64,000 nucleotides of DNA from a bacterium (GCA_030153785.1 JASKLF010000009.1:1-64000); one strand, 5' to 3'; shown: positions 7,745-17,420, numbered from the stretch's first letter. Notes: a model not told the origin generated them from the letters alone. Program-made: numbers and translations.

Positions 7745-10143
7745 TTGTGATGAACAAGAAGGGCTTATTAAGAAATTGTCTTTTGCTAGTAATCTTTCTT
7801 TTTGTTTTCATTGACTTGTTTTTCATCTCTATAACCAATGGTGCAGCCATTAATAACATAAGGACTGCTCTTAAAAGTTACGGTTTGAGAATGGTTGTGG
7901 ACTTATCATCAAGAACTGACTACAGGGTATACAAGGATGGAGATATGATTTTTATAGAAATATACTCCGTAGTTGAGGAGAGTGTGGGGAGAAAGAGATT
8001 TCCTACAAACAGAGTTGCCACATATTATAATGTGAGAGTTTCCGATAAAAATACAATCATAGAGATAAAATTAAGGAATAGCAAGATAAAATATAGTTCC
8101 TTTACATTGGATGATCCTTTTAGAATAGTGGTAGACCTGATATATCCCGATGCAAAGTATGAGGAATATAGGGAAGGGCCTAAAACTGAAGAATTAAACA
8201 TATCTCTCACAGAAGTGGACATCGCTATAAATTCGATATTCGGCTATCAGGACTTTTATTTTAACATTTCTTCCACATGGAAGCTTCTTCCCGGAGGTTT
8301 TCTTAATCTCTTCATTAGTCATTCCCAAATAACGAAGCCTAAAATTTCTAATATTGTTGTTTATTTAAATGGATTTCCCATATATACTATCCCTCTCGAT
8401 GAGACAAATCTCTGGATGACATCTATAAGAATACCAATATTCGTCTCCCTCTTAAGGAAAGGGGTTAACATAATAGAACTCAAGAGCTTTATGAGAACTA
8501 CAGAAGAAGAGTGTATGGATATAGATAACCCTGGAAACTGGCTGAGAATCCACAAGGAAAGCTACGTTCATCTTAAGTATCTATCAAAGGAGGACCTAAG
8601 TATTAAAGACTTTCCTTCTCCCTATTTCGAGGAGAACGTATCACATAGGGAATTAACAGCCTTTGTTCTGCCAGACAACTGGTCTCCAAAGGAAGTGGAA
8701 GCCATAATGGCTATAGCTCTTGATTGGGCCAGAAGAGCTAGTTTTAAAAAGTTTTCTCCAAGCATATTCTTGATTAGCGAGCTTAATGATGAAATTAAAT
8801 CAAAGTATAACCTTATATATATTGGTAAAAGCTCCTCTTTTCCAACATCGATACTTGATTCTTTTGGTATAAACCCCGAAGACTTAAAGGGGAAATTTGC
8901 CATATCAAGCTTCATCAGTAGCAATGGAAAGGGAAGACTTTTCATAACTTCGGAAGAAGAATCGGGAGTATTGAGAGGAGCAAGAGCTCTACTTTTAAAA
9001 GAGGTTAGGGACCAAATAGATGGAAACAAGGTTTTCCTTCCCGTTGATATTCCGCTTCCTATGAAAGAAGAGTCTCCAGAATTTGGAACCGATATATATT
9101 TCACAGACTTAATGCTTACCGATATTATTTTTAGAGGAACTTATTCTCACGCAGATTCCATATCCTTTAGAATTCCACTTCATTGGAGAATTAAAGGCAG
9201 TCCTACATTAGTAATTCATTTTAGACATTCTCCCGCACTTGATGGAAAGAAGTCTGCCTTGACAGTTTTAATAAATGATGTCCCTATTAAAGCAGTTGAG
9301 TTAAACTCGAAAAACACTACCGATGGTAGGCTTATCGTTCCAATTCCTTATGAAGCAATTAAAGGAGATTATTTAATCATAGGGTTTGAGGCTCACCTCG
9401 ATATAAACGTTCCTGACTGTAACCACAACTATTCAGAAGCTGCATGGCTTGTTATAGAAAAGTCTTCTTACCTTCATATTCCGCACGATATAAAGGCTAT
9501 GAAACCCCTTATTGAAAATTTACCCTTTGCGATGGTAGGGGAAAAAATTAATTTATATGTGGGAAGAGATGTAAATAATAGTAGTGCTTTGACAACTCTT
9601 TTAAACTGTCTTATATCTTGGCAAAGAAATGTATACTATCCACTTGAAATATCTGCTTTAGACCTGAACTCTTTCAAAGTTGAAGATTTCGAGAAAAAAT
9701 CTGAGCATGCAATCATATTAGGGTCGCCAAGTGAAATTAATAATACAGGGATAAAGCTTCTTATCGATAAAGTTCCGGTTGTTCCCGAATTTGCGGAAGA
9801 TACAACGCTATGGCAATTAAACGTATATGGAGGTAAAAATCTCGCACTCGTGATTACATGGTTAAAAGAACCACCAGAGCAAACACCTTTTTATTTAAAA
9901 ATGTTATCAGAATGGGCACTTAAAGGAGACCTCTGTTTTCTCTCATCCAAAGGAGAAGTTATTCCTTTCTACATCAAGACTCCGAAGCCTCCCGAAACGA
10001 AAGAATCTGAAAAGAGTTTTTGGGAAAAGATCTTATCACAGCTCAGATATAGCAGAACCTTTATTGGCATATTTGTCCTTGCGTTTATAGGAATTGCTGC
10101 AATAATGGTTGTAGCAATAGTCAGAAACAGGAAAAGATTATAA
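7741..10143 (+). CDS. BcsB/YdaN-like co-polymerase subunit with N-terminal AMIN-like domain
   Basis: Two jelly-roll repeats (SNIVVYLNGFPI..C; SALTVLINDVPI..C) and a C-terminal TM as in BcsB; N-terminal RMVVDL...FTLDDPFRIVVDL resembles AMIN. Confidence 0.8.
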   Translation: MIVMNKKGLLRNCLLLVIFLFVFIDLFFISITNGAAINNIRTALKSYGLRMVVDLSSRTDYRVYKDGDMIFIEIYSVVEESVGRKRFPTNRVATYYNVRVSDKNTIIEIKLRNSKIKYSSFTLDDPFRIVVDLIYPDAKYEEYREGPKTEELNISLTEVDIAINSIFGYQDFYFNISSTWKLLPGGFLNLFISHSQITKPKISNIVVYLNGFPIYTIPLDETNLWMTSIRIPIFVSLLRKGVNIIELKSFMRTTEEECMDIDNPGNWLRIHKESYVHLKYLSKEDLSIKDFPSPYFEENVSHRELTAFVLPDNWSPKEVEAIMAIALDWARRASFKKFSPSIFLISELNDEIKSKYNLIYIGKSSSFPTSILDSFGINPEDLKGKFAISSFISSNGKGRLFITSEEESGVLRGARALLLKEVRDQIDGNKVFLPVDIPLPMKEESPEFGTDIYFTDLMLTDIIFRGTYSHADSISFRIPLHWRIKGSPTLVIHFRHSPALDGKKSALTVLINDVPIKAVELNSKNTTDGRLIVPIPYEAIKGDYLIIGFEAHLDINVPDCNHNYSEAAWLVIEKSSYLHIPHDIKAMKPLIENLPFAMVGEKINLYVGRDVNNSSALTTLLNCLISWQRNVYYPLEISALDLNSFKVEDFEKKSEHAIILGSPSEINNTGIKLLIDKVPVVPEFAEDTTLWQLNVYGGKNLALVITWLKEPPEQTPFYLKMLSEWALKGDLCFLSSKGEVIPFYIKTPKPPETKESEKSFWEKILSQLRYSRTFIGIFVLAFIGIAAIMVVAIVRNRKRL

Positions 10144-10182
10144 AACAAGAAGGTAATTTAACATAAGATACATTATCCGACA

Positions 10183-11070
10183 TTAAAGCGGAGACAAAGA
10201 GCACGCAATTTCAAAGGCCTCGAAGGGACCAAAGAATCCCTTTGGGGCTTCTAAAGTTCTTTTAAGGAAAATCCGCTCAGTTTTAAGCTTAAGAGCTCCT
10301 ATAGCTTTAGAACCTATTCCGTACACTCCTTGGATAACCTCATTCGCCACATGGTTAGGCGTAAGCCCTTCAATTCCGTAAGGTGGAACTGGATTGGTAT
10401 CCAGAAGCAGTTTACAATTTTTTAATTTTTTAAGAATTTCAAGTTTAAGTATTTCTACCCCGGGTGGCCCTGTAGATATGATTACTTCAGAATCCAAACA
10501 CGCATCTTCTATATATTTCAGCTCAAATGCAAAAGCCATTCCATCATTAAGCTCTGAATTTATACTTGCGGCTACTTGTTCTGCTTTTTTAAAATCTATA
10601 TCTACAATATTAACCTTTACCCCATGATGAGCAAGTAAATAGGAGGTCATGGAGCCAATGTTTCCTCCTCCTGCAAGAACGGTTGCCCTTTTACCACTAA
10701 GTAGCTCTTTTAATCTGGCTTCGAAAAACCTTTTGATTAAAGCCACTATTGCAGCACCTGTTGTGCAAGCTCCTCGTGGGTCAAAAGCTACAGAAACTTC
10801 GAAAGGAGGGAACATCTTTTTCTTTACCTCTTCTAATAGCTTTTTTCCTTCATCTACCGTATTTCCCCCGATAAGAATTGCGGTATTCTTTATCCCCTTA
10901 GGGCCTCTCGAAAAGAGAGTATCAATAACCAGCTTGGGAACCTCCTCCGGCAGCACGTTCCCATAAGACAAAACCGCATCTGCTCCTGCATCATACATTA
11001 CAAAGATATCGAAAGGGCTTGGATGTTTTTCACCGGTGAGAAAAAGAAATATCTTTTTCCTATCTTCCAT
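10183..11070 (-). CDS. MtdA/MtdB-family methylene-tetrahydromethanopterin/tetrahydrofolate dehydrogenase
   Basis: PSPFD..YDAGAD..YGNV, FSRGP..TAILIGG, PPFEVSV..DPRGACTT.AA, then a Rossmann domain (VLAGGGNIG). Confidence 0.85.
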   Translation of the reverse strand: MEDRKKIFLFLTGEKHPSPFDIFVMYDAGADAVLSYGNVLPEEVPKLVIDTLFSRGPKGIKNTAILIGGNTVDEGKKLLEEVKKKMFPPFEVSVAFDPRGACTTGAAIVALIKRFFEARLKELLSGKRATVLAGGGNIGSMTSYLLAHHGVKVNIVDIDFKKAEQVAASINSELNDGMAFAFELKYIEDACLDSEVIISTGPPGVEILKLEILKKLKNCKLLLDTNPVPPYGIEGLTPNHVANEVIQGVYGIGSKAIGALKLKTERIFLKRTLEAPKGFFGPFEAFEIACSLSPL

Positions 11071-11085
11071 AAATGGCCACCCCTT

Positions 11086-11856
11086 TCAAAGCGCTAAGTC
11101 TGCATTTTTAATGTCAGTAATGAACATATGACCTGGTGAATGAGTTATCATAAATTTAGGTTTAGTCTGCATCGCAATAGCTTGAGGTGTTACCCCACAG
11201 GCCCAAAAAACCATTACATCCCCTTCCTCTATTACGGGAGGGTCTCCAAAGTCCGGTTCCATTATGTTCTCAATTCCTATCAATTCGGGATATCCTATAT
11301 GAATAGGTGCACCGTGGACTTTAGGAAATCTCGAAGTAATTAAAACGGCCTTCACTACCAGGTTAAACGGGGTTGGGCGAGCACTAACAACCATAGGGCC
11401 ACGAAATTTGCCTGCGGGAACACATTGTATATTAGTTATATACATGGGAACGTTTCTGCCATTTTCTATATGCCTTACAGGAACCCCTTCTTCTAATAAA
11501 GCCCATTCAAAGGAAAAACTGCATCCTATCAAAAAAGCCACAAGCTCCTTATTCCAATATTTTTCTATATTTAACGGTTCATCTATTAGCTCTCCATCTT
11601 TATAGACTCTATATCTCGGCAAATCATATCTTATATCAGCACCCGATGCTGTAATTTTAGGTCTTGGATCTCCTACGTCTAAAACCTCCAACATAGGACA
11701 GGGTTTCGGATTTCTTTGCGCAAATAGGAGAAAATCGTAAGCATCATCTTTAGGAAGGACTACCAAGTTAGCTTGAGCATAAGACGGAGCCAAACCTGAT
11801 GTGGGCTTAGTCCACTTTTCCTCCCTTATCATCTGTCTTATCTCTTTAGGTGTCAT
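11086..11856 (-). CDS. DUF1445 putative hydro-lyase (D-glutamate cyclase/YcsI family)
   Basis: QANLVVLP, QRNPKPCP, GCSFSFE, HGAPIHIG, FWACGVTPQ, ITHSPGHMFITD. Confidence 0.9.
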   Translation of the reverse strand: MTPKEIRQMIREEKWTKPTSGLAPSYAQANLVVLPKDDAYDFLLFAQRNPKPCPMLEVLDVGDPRPKITASGADIRYDLPRYRVYKDGELIDEPLNIEKYWNKELVAFLIGCSFSFEWALLEEGVPVRHIENGRNVPMYITNIQCVPAGKFRGPMVVSARPTPFNLVVKAVLITSRFPKVHGAPIHIGYPELIGIENIMEPDFGDPPVIEEGDVMVFWACGVTPQAIAMQTKPKFMITHSPGHMFITDIKNADLAL

Positions 11857-11927
11857 CCATAAACCCTCCTCCCCACCCTGTTTCGCTTTACCTTAATTTT
11901 TCACTCCCTAAGTATATCATAAAATTA

Positions 11928-11936
11928 TGGTATAAT
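11928..11936 (+). promoter_or_regulatory. Extended -10 promoter (TGgTATAAT) directly upstream of queT
   Basis: Perfect TGnTATAAT ending 7 nt before ATG 11944; no SD. Confidence 0.6.
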
Positions 11937-11943
11937 AGCTATC

Positions 11944-12393
11944 ATGAGAGGGATAGTAAAAGTAGCCATAGTAGGGAGCTTATATGCTGCTTTAACAATC
12001 GTTTTGGCTCCAATAAGTTATGGTCCTATACAAGTTAGAGTGGCTGAAGCTTTAGTGGTTCTCCCATATATAAGACGATCCTACATGTGGGGACTCTTTG
12101 GAGGTTGTATCATAGCTAATATCTATGGAGGGTTAGGTATTTGGGATGTAATCGGTGGTAGCCTTTGTACCCTGGTCGCTGGTTTTCTAACATCGTTGAT
12201 GCCAAAACCCATTTTGGCTCCTTTACCTCCTATAGCAGTAAACGCGTTTGGTGTAAGCCTCTACCTACACTACCTGTTTAACCTTCCATATTGGCTTACC
12301 GTTGCATATATAGCTTTAGGAGAATCGATCGCCTGCTTTGCATTGGGCTACCCTCTCTTAAAATGGGTTCTTAAAAGAAAAGAGTACTTCTAG
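11944..12393 (+). CDS. queT: QueT family queuosine-precursor transporter (ECF S component)
   Basis: LYAALTIVLAPISYGPIQVRVAEAL, GC.IAN, DVIGGS motifs. Confidence 0.85.
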   Translation: MRGIVKVAIVGSLYAALTIVLAPISYGPIQVRVAEALVVLPYIRRSYMWGLFGGCIIANIYGGLGIWDVIGGSLCTLVAGFLTSLMPKPILAPLPPIAVNAFGVSLYLHYLFNLPYWLTVAYIALGESIACFALGYPLLKWVLKRKEYF

Positions 12394-12411
12394 GTCGCCC
12401 ACAAAGGGGGG

Positions 12412-13074
12412 GTGTACAAGGTGAAAAAAAACTTAAGAATCATGATAACGCTTGGAATCTGCCTTTTTATTTTTTGCGCGAGTCTTACAGCTTTTTCAGA
12501 GGAGATTGGAACTGCTAAGCTACAGTCTCAAATAGGTAGTATAGTCTTGAGACCGGAAGAGATAAAAGAGATATTAGAAAGTTTGAAGAAGTTTCAATCT
12601 CAGATGGCGGAATTGCAAGAAAGCATGAACAAGCTGATAAAAGAAATAGACTTATCAAAAGTTGATATAACCCCTCTTAGAGAGGAAATTATAGGCTTAA
12701 AGAGTGGTTTAGAAAGCTTTAAACAAGAACTCGCAAAGAAATTGGAAGAAGAAGGCAAATTTATCAAAGAAGAGCTTCTTAACAAACTTGATTTTCTTAC
12801 TACTGTTATAAGAAGAGTAACGGTGGTGTTTAAAAATATAGAAGACTTAGCGAAGGAATCTCAATCTCTCAAGGAACAGATTAGTATTTCGACCGAGAGC
12901 GTGAGAAACTTGAGTGAAACCTTTCAAAGAGAGCTTAACCATGTGAAAAGCAATCAAACAAAGATAATTGGGCTTCTCACCGTCAACCTTTTGCTCTTGT
13001 CTTTTTTGGTATTTCTTCAGCTTGAAAAGAAATTCAGAAAAAGCACAAAGAAAGGAGATGACATGGCTCCTTGA
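12412..13074 (+). CDS. Hypothetical protein: signal peptide, long coiled coil, C-terminal TM anchor
   Basis: Heptad-rich E/K/L central region, hydrophobic ends, overlaps the next gene. Confidence 0.7.
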   Translation: MYKVKKNLRIMITLGICLFIFCASLTAFSEEIGTAKLQSQIGSIVLRPEEIKEILESLKKFQSQMAELQESMNKLIKEIDLSKVDITPLREEIIGLKSGLESFKQELAKKLEEEGKFIKEELLNKLDFLTTVIRRVTVVFKNIEDLAKESQSLKEQISISTESVRNLSETFQRELNHVKSNQTKIIGLLTVNLLLLSFLVFLQLEKKFRKSTKKGDDMAP

Positions 13075-14177
13075 AAAGGATTCTTATTTTGCTAGTTTTA
13101 CTCTTATCTTGTTTGGCGCTGTATTCCTGTGGAGAGGAGGAAACAGGAGAAGAGATATGGAGTTTCTCTTTATCTTCCCCAATTTATTCCTCGCCGAGTA
13201 TAAAAGGAGATAGAATCGTTCTTAATGGCTTAGAAGGTATTGTAGCGTGTCTTAATGGAGACGGAGGTCTGGTATGGAAATATAAGCTAAACGATGACGA
13301 AACAATTTTGTCCTCCCCTCTCATTGAGGATGAAAGGGTATTTATAACTTCAGTTCTAAACAAAGGAAAAATCTACTGCTTAGACCTAAACTACGGAGAA
13401 AAATTTTGGGAATACGAGGTTTCGTCTCCCATAGTTTCTTCTCCAGCCTTGTATGATAATAAGGTATTTTTTGCTGGAACAGATGGTACCATATACGCAT
13501 TTTCATGGCAGGGAAGTTTAATTTGGAATATAAGGGTAGAAGGAGCTGTATATGCAACACCAGCAGTAGAAGATGGAAAACTCATAGTGGGAACATCTAC
13601 GGGAAAGGTATATTGCATAAACGCTTCCACTGGAGAGATAATATGGGATTCTAAGCTGGAATCCCCGATAGAGCTAGAAGCCTCCATAGACGACAGTAAT
13701 CGTGTATATATAGTTACATCTTCAAATAAGCTTTATTGTTTAGATTTAGATGATGGGACAGACTTATGGGAGGTTTCCTTTAGCAGCAGAGTATGCGCTC
13801 CCCCATCTTATAGTGATGGCAAGGTTTTAATTCCCTTATCAGATGGAAGTATATACGCTATAAGTCCTCGAGGTGGCAGTATCTTTTGGTCTTATAAGGC
13901 TGAAGATGGGTCCCCGTCAGCTTTGTGCCCTACAGATGGGTACGTATATTTTGTGGATATAAATGGCAAGCTTTATTGTCTTAATATTTCGAACGGCGAA
14001 GAAAAATGGACCCACGACTTAGGCTCTCCAGCTTATTCCTCCCCTATAGCCAAGGGAGAAAGAGTTTATATAGGCACTGTAAGTGGAAAGATCTACTGCA
14101 TAAAAGGGAATAGCTCGGAAGCAAATTGGCCCACTTTCCAGGGGAACAATGCGCGTACGGGTAAAGAGGAAAGGTAA
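13071..14177 (+). CDS. PQQ-like beta-propeller lipoprotein (BamB-like fold)
   Basis: Lipobox LYSC; about 8 repeats of SSP...G.VYC(L/I)...G...W; WPTFQGNNARTG. Confidence 0.85.
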   Translation: MKRILILLVLLLSCLALYSCGEEETGEEIWSFSLSSPIYSSPSIKGDRIVLNGLEGIVACLNGDGGLVWKYKLNDDETILSSPLIEDERVFITSVLNKGKIYCLDLNYGEKFWEYEVSSPIVSSPALYDNKVFFAGTDGTIYAFSWQGSLIWNIRVEGAVYATPAVEDGKLIVGTSTGKVYCINASTGEIIWDSKLESPIELEASIDDSNRVYIVTSSNKLYCLDLDDGTDLWEVSFSSRVCAPPSYSDGKVLIPLSDGSIYAISPRGGSIFWSYKAEDGSPSALCPTDGYVYFVDINGKLYCLNISNGEEKWTHDLGSPAYSSPIAKGERVYIGTVSGKIYCIKGNSSEANWPTFQGNNARTGKEER

Positions 14178-14180
14178 ATA

Positions 14181-14861
14181 TCAATCTCTAAACCCTCTAA
14201 GTATGGCCTTTTCATCCCATTCTCGGACTTCAGAAGCTCTATATGGCTTAAGTTCTCTAAAAAGCGGATTATAGGCGTTTTCGGGAGAGAAGGCTTGCAA
14301 AACATATTTTGCCTCCTCTCCTATCATCTCTCTTATTTCCTTTATATCCTCAGGTTCCACCAGCTTAGGAACGACCGTTGTTCTGAATTCAACTTTTTCC
14401 TTTAAAGGAAGCAAAATCCTTATGCTTTCCAAAATCAAGCTTTTATCTATTTCTCGTCCCACAGCTTCTCCGTACTTTCTTAAAGAGGTTTTTATATCCA
14501 TGGCTATGTAATCTGCAAGCTCTCGCTCTATAACCTTTCTTAACATATCGGGATTATAGCCATTCGTGTCAAGCTTTATCCTCCATCCCCTTTCCTTTAT
14601 AGAGCTGAGAAAACTGGGCAAATCCTCATGAATGGTTGGTTCCCCTCCCGTCACCACTATTCCGTCAATCCATCCCCTGTATTTTTCCAAATGGTCAAGG
14701 ACCCCTTCTAATGTATGTCCTTTCCCTTTATAAAATAGTAGTTCATGGTTATGACAAAATGGACAGCGAAAGTTACAACCTGGCAAAAAGAAAACGGCAG
14801 CTATATTTCCGTCCCAATCTATAAAGCTGAAATCAAGCCAGGCTGCCAGATTTGTCTTCAA
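14181..14861 (-). CDS. nrdG: Anaerobic ribonucleotide reductase activating enzyme (radical SAM)
   Basis: GCNFRCPFCHN, TGGEPT, KLDTNG; directly downstream of nrdD. Confidence 0.9.
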   Translation of the reverse strand: MKTNLAAWLDFSFIDWDGNIAAVFFLPGCNFRCPFCHNHELLFYKGKGHTLEGVLDHLEKYRGWIDGIVVTGGEPTIHEDLPSFLSSIKERGWRIKLDTNGYNPDMLRKVIERELADYIAMDIKTSLRKYGEAVGREIDKSLILESIRILLPLKEKVEFRTTVVPKLVEPEDIKEIREMIGEEAKYVLQAFSPENAYNPLFRELKPYRASEVREWDEKAILRGFRD

Positions 14862-16942
14862 GCTATTTTCACTCTCCTTCTATCTTTAAGTTCTGCCCGC
14901 TTCCCTTTGTTCCAGCTAGACGTTCTTGTGAAATAGCCTGTTATCCTAGTTATTCCATCTACATTCTTCGAACCACAGTATGGACAGCTTTCGCTTAAAC
15001 CACGCGTGGTCTTCATACAATCCAAACAGATGGTAAACTCCGGTGAAAAGGCTATTTGCGTATTTTGGCTACCTCTAAAAGTTCGTTCTACAAACTTAGC
15101 CAGCGCTTTCGGATCTGGTTTATGCTCTCCCATCCAAATGTGAGTTATTGCTCCCGCTTTTATTAGCGGATGGAAAACCCCTTCTTTTATAACTCTATCT
15201 ATTGGGTTAATATCGGCAGAATAGTTAAGATGCGTAGAATTCGTGTAATATATTCCACCCGTTTGGATGTTACCTTTAACCACTTGAGATGCTTTGTCTG
15301 GATAGTGCTTTAAATCTAACCTCGCAAGGCGGTACGCCGTAGATTCCGCAGGCGTTTGTTCAAGAACGAGTCTTATATTAAATTTTTCTCCAAACTCCTG
15401 ACACTTCATGGACATGTAATTCACAACGGTAAGTCCCAGATTATAGGATTCCTCCGACTCATGAAGTTCCTTACCAGTCCAGTACTGAACCATCTCGTTC
15501 AACCCCAACAGCCCTATCAAGAAAGATACCTTATTCCAACGAAGATAGGGTTCTCCATCGTGGTCTATGAGTAGTAAGGAAAGAGGACTCGAAGGCCCCA
15601 TGCTCAGAAGTTTCTTTATAAAATCCCTTTTTTGCAGATGAGCTAAAACGGCAAGCTCCATAGCTTTATCTATCTCCTTAAAAATATCTTCTTTGGTCTT
15701 AGCCTTATAGGCTATCCTCGGTAAATTTATAGTGACGTTTTGAAGAGCTGAAAACCGCATTTTCCAAGGCGTAGAAGCTTCCCTTAGGTCTTCTTCCGTG
15801 AGTTCAAACTGAAGCCTACAACATTCAGAAAGTTTTGCTTGCCCTCCCCTATCAAATACGAAGTAAGTATTTCCCTTTTCTGAGGCCACCTTACATGCAA
15901 GCTCCAAAAAATTCTCCCATCCAGGTGTTTTGAAGAAATCCTCAGTTATATGAAGAAGAGGCTTTGGAAAGAAAAACGGTTTGCCCTGAGCATCTCCCTC
16001 AAGATAGACCTCGAAAAGAGCCCTTAAAAATCTCTGCGACTCCTCTAAATATTCTCCATAGGTTTTCCCCGTTGGTTTACCTCCTGGCCCTAATGCAGGG
16101 ACGTCTCTAAAGTGAGCAGGAATTTCCCAATATAAGTTTATATCCGTAAAGGCAACCTGCCCTCCTCTTCCGCCAGCCAACTGATTAAACTCAAATATTA
16201 ACATTTGAGCTAATTGTTTAACTTCCTTGTCTGACCTACCTTCTACGAAAGGCGCGAAGAACACGTTAACTGCATCCCAGCCTATAGCACCGGCAAAATG
16301 ATTCTGAAGAACAGATGTCATCTTTAGAAGATGAGCGAGTAAAACTTCCGCATGACGAGCAGGATAGGAAACGGAAGTTATAGACGGAATGTTAAGTCCA
16401 AACTTAACTACATAGGCAGGTGATTGTCCCGAACAATAGGGCCTGTTAACCATTCCTAAATCGTGAACATGAATGTCTCCCTCGAGGTGAGCATCAGCAA
16501 CATCTGGAGAAAATACCTTTTTTAAAGCATATTCCTTAAGTATGGTTTCCGCCAAGGTCAAGTTTATGGATTCGGGATTATGCGAAGTATTTGAATTTTC
16601 TTTGTTAGGGAAAAAGATGACCTCCTCCACATCGTAAATGGGCATTCCAACACGAGCATGGTCCATAATTCTTCCCGGTAGCCCATGCTCAAAGAGTTTA
16701 ACATTAACAAGCTCTCTTATAAAGGCTGTGGTTATGCGCTTTATACCACTATTAAGAAGAGTTTCTTCCACTTCCTTAGTTATCTGATGAGCTATTAAAG
16801 GCTCAACTTTAGCTTCTCTTATAAGGGCCTCGTATATTCTCCTTGGATCCCAAGAGCTTGTTTCCTCCCTTGAAATTGCCTCAACGAGTAAGGCTTTATC
16901 AGTAGTCTCGCCAAGCTCGAAGAGGTTAAGGCTCTTTGCCAT
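14858..16942 (-). CDS. nrdD: Anaerobic (class III) ribonucleoside-triphosphate reductase
   Basis: N-terminal ATP-cone-like region, [13 protein letters not shown] finger loop, TPAES, YYTNS, CxxC..CxxC and RITGY glycyl-radical motif. Confidence 0.95.
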   Translation of the reverse strand: MAKSLNLFELGETTDKALLVEAISREETSSWDPRRIYEALIREAKVEPLIAHQITKEVEETLLNSGIKRITTAFIRELVNVKLFEHGLPGRIMDHARVGMPIYDVEEVIFFPNKENSNTSHNPESINLTLAETILKEYALKKVFSPDVADAHLEGDIHVHDLGMVNRPYCSGQSPAYVVKFGLNIPSITSVSYPARHAEVLLAHLLKMTSVLQNHFAGAIGWDAVNVFFAPFVEGRSDKEVKQLAQMLIFEFNQLAGGRGGQVAFTDINLYWEIPAHFRDVPALGPGGKPTGKTYGEYLEESQRFLRALFEVYLEGDAQGKPFFFPKPLLHITEDFFKTPGWENFLELACKVASEKGNTYFVFDRGGQAKLSECCRLQFELTEEDLREASTPWKMRFSALQNVTINLPRIAYKAKTKEDIFKEIDKAMELAVLAHLQKRDFIKKLLSMGPSSPLSLLLIDHDGEPYLRWNKVSFLIGLLGLNEMVQYWTGKELHESEESYNLGLTVVNYMSMKCQEFGEKFNIRLVLEQTPAESTAYRLARLDLKHYPDKASQVVKGNIQTGGIYYTNSTHLNYSADINPIDRVIKEGVFHPLIKAGAITHIWMGEHKPDPKALAKFVERTFRGSQNTQIAFSPEFTICLDCMKTTRGLSESCPYCGSKNVDGITRITGYFTRTSSWNKGKRAELKDRRRVKIA

Positions 16943-17420
16943 TCCTCTCTGCCTCCTTTATCTCTATAGTTTTATTAAGCAAACTTTCGAGCTCTCTTAT
17001 AAAATGGGTCAAATCCGTAAACTCCCTATAAACAGAGGCAAACCTTACATAGGCTACTTTATCCAGCTCTTTAAGGGCCTCTATAACCTTTTCCCCTATC
17101 TCCTTGCTGGTTATTTCCTTTCTACCTTCAGCACGTAAATCTGCTTCTATCTGGTCAGCAATTTCCTCTATTTTTTCACGGCTTACAGGCCTTTTCTCAC
17201 AAGCCTTTAAAAGACCTCTTATTATTTTCTCTCTATCAAATAATTCTCTTCTTCCGTCCTTTTTAATAACGAGTATTGTAGGAGATTCTATCCTCTCATA
17301 AGTAGTAAATCTTTTTCCACAAACTAAACACTCCCTTCTCCTTCTTATAACCGAACCGTCCTCCACGGGTCTTGAATCTATAACCTTACTTTCAGGTTCA
17401 CCACAAAAGGGACATTTCAT
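16926..17420 (-). CDS. nrdR: Transcriptional repressor NrdR
   Basis: [33 protein letters not shown] cone, [10 protein letters not shown]. Start set at ATG 17420. Confidence 0.97.
   Translation of the reverse strand: MKCPFCGEPESKVIDSRPVEDGSVIRRRRECLVCGKRFTTYERIESPTILVIKKDGRRELFDREKIIRGLLKACEKRPVSREKIEEIADQIEADLRAEGRKEITSKEIGEKVIEALKELDKVAYVRFASVYREFTDLTHFIRELESLLNKTIEIKEAERNGKEP

Noticed and set aside
6479..10143. Canonical cellulose synthase bcsAB
   Set aside because: The GT2 is short and lacks PilZ, a deacetylase is present and the order matches ydaJKLMN; the polymer identity cannot be inferred.
13071..14177. bamB orthologue
   Set aside because: Generic PQQ-type propeller with no bam-associated context.
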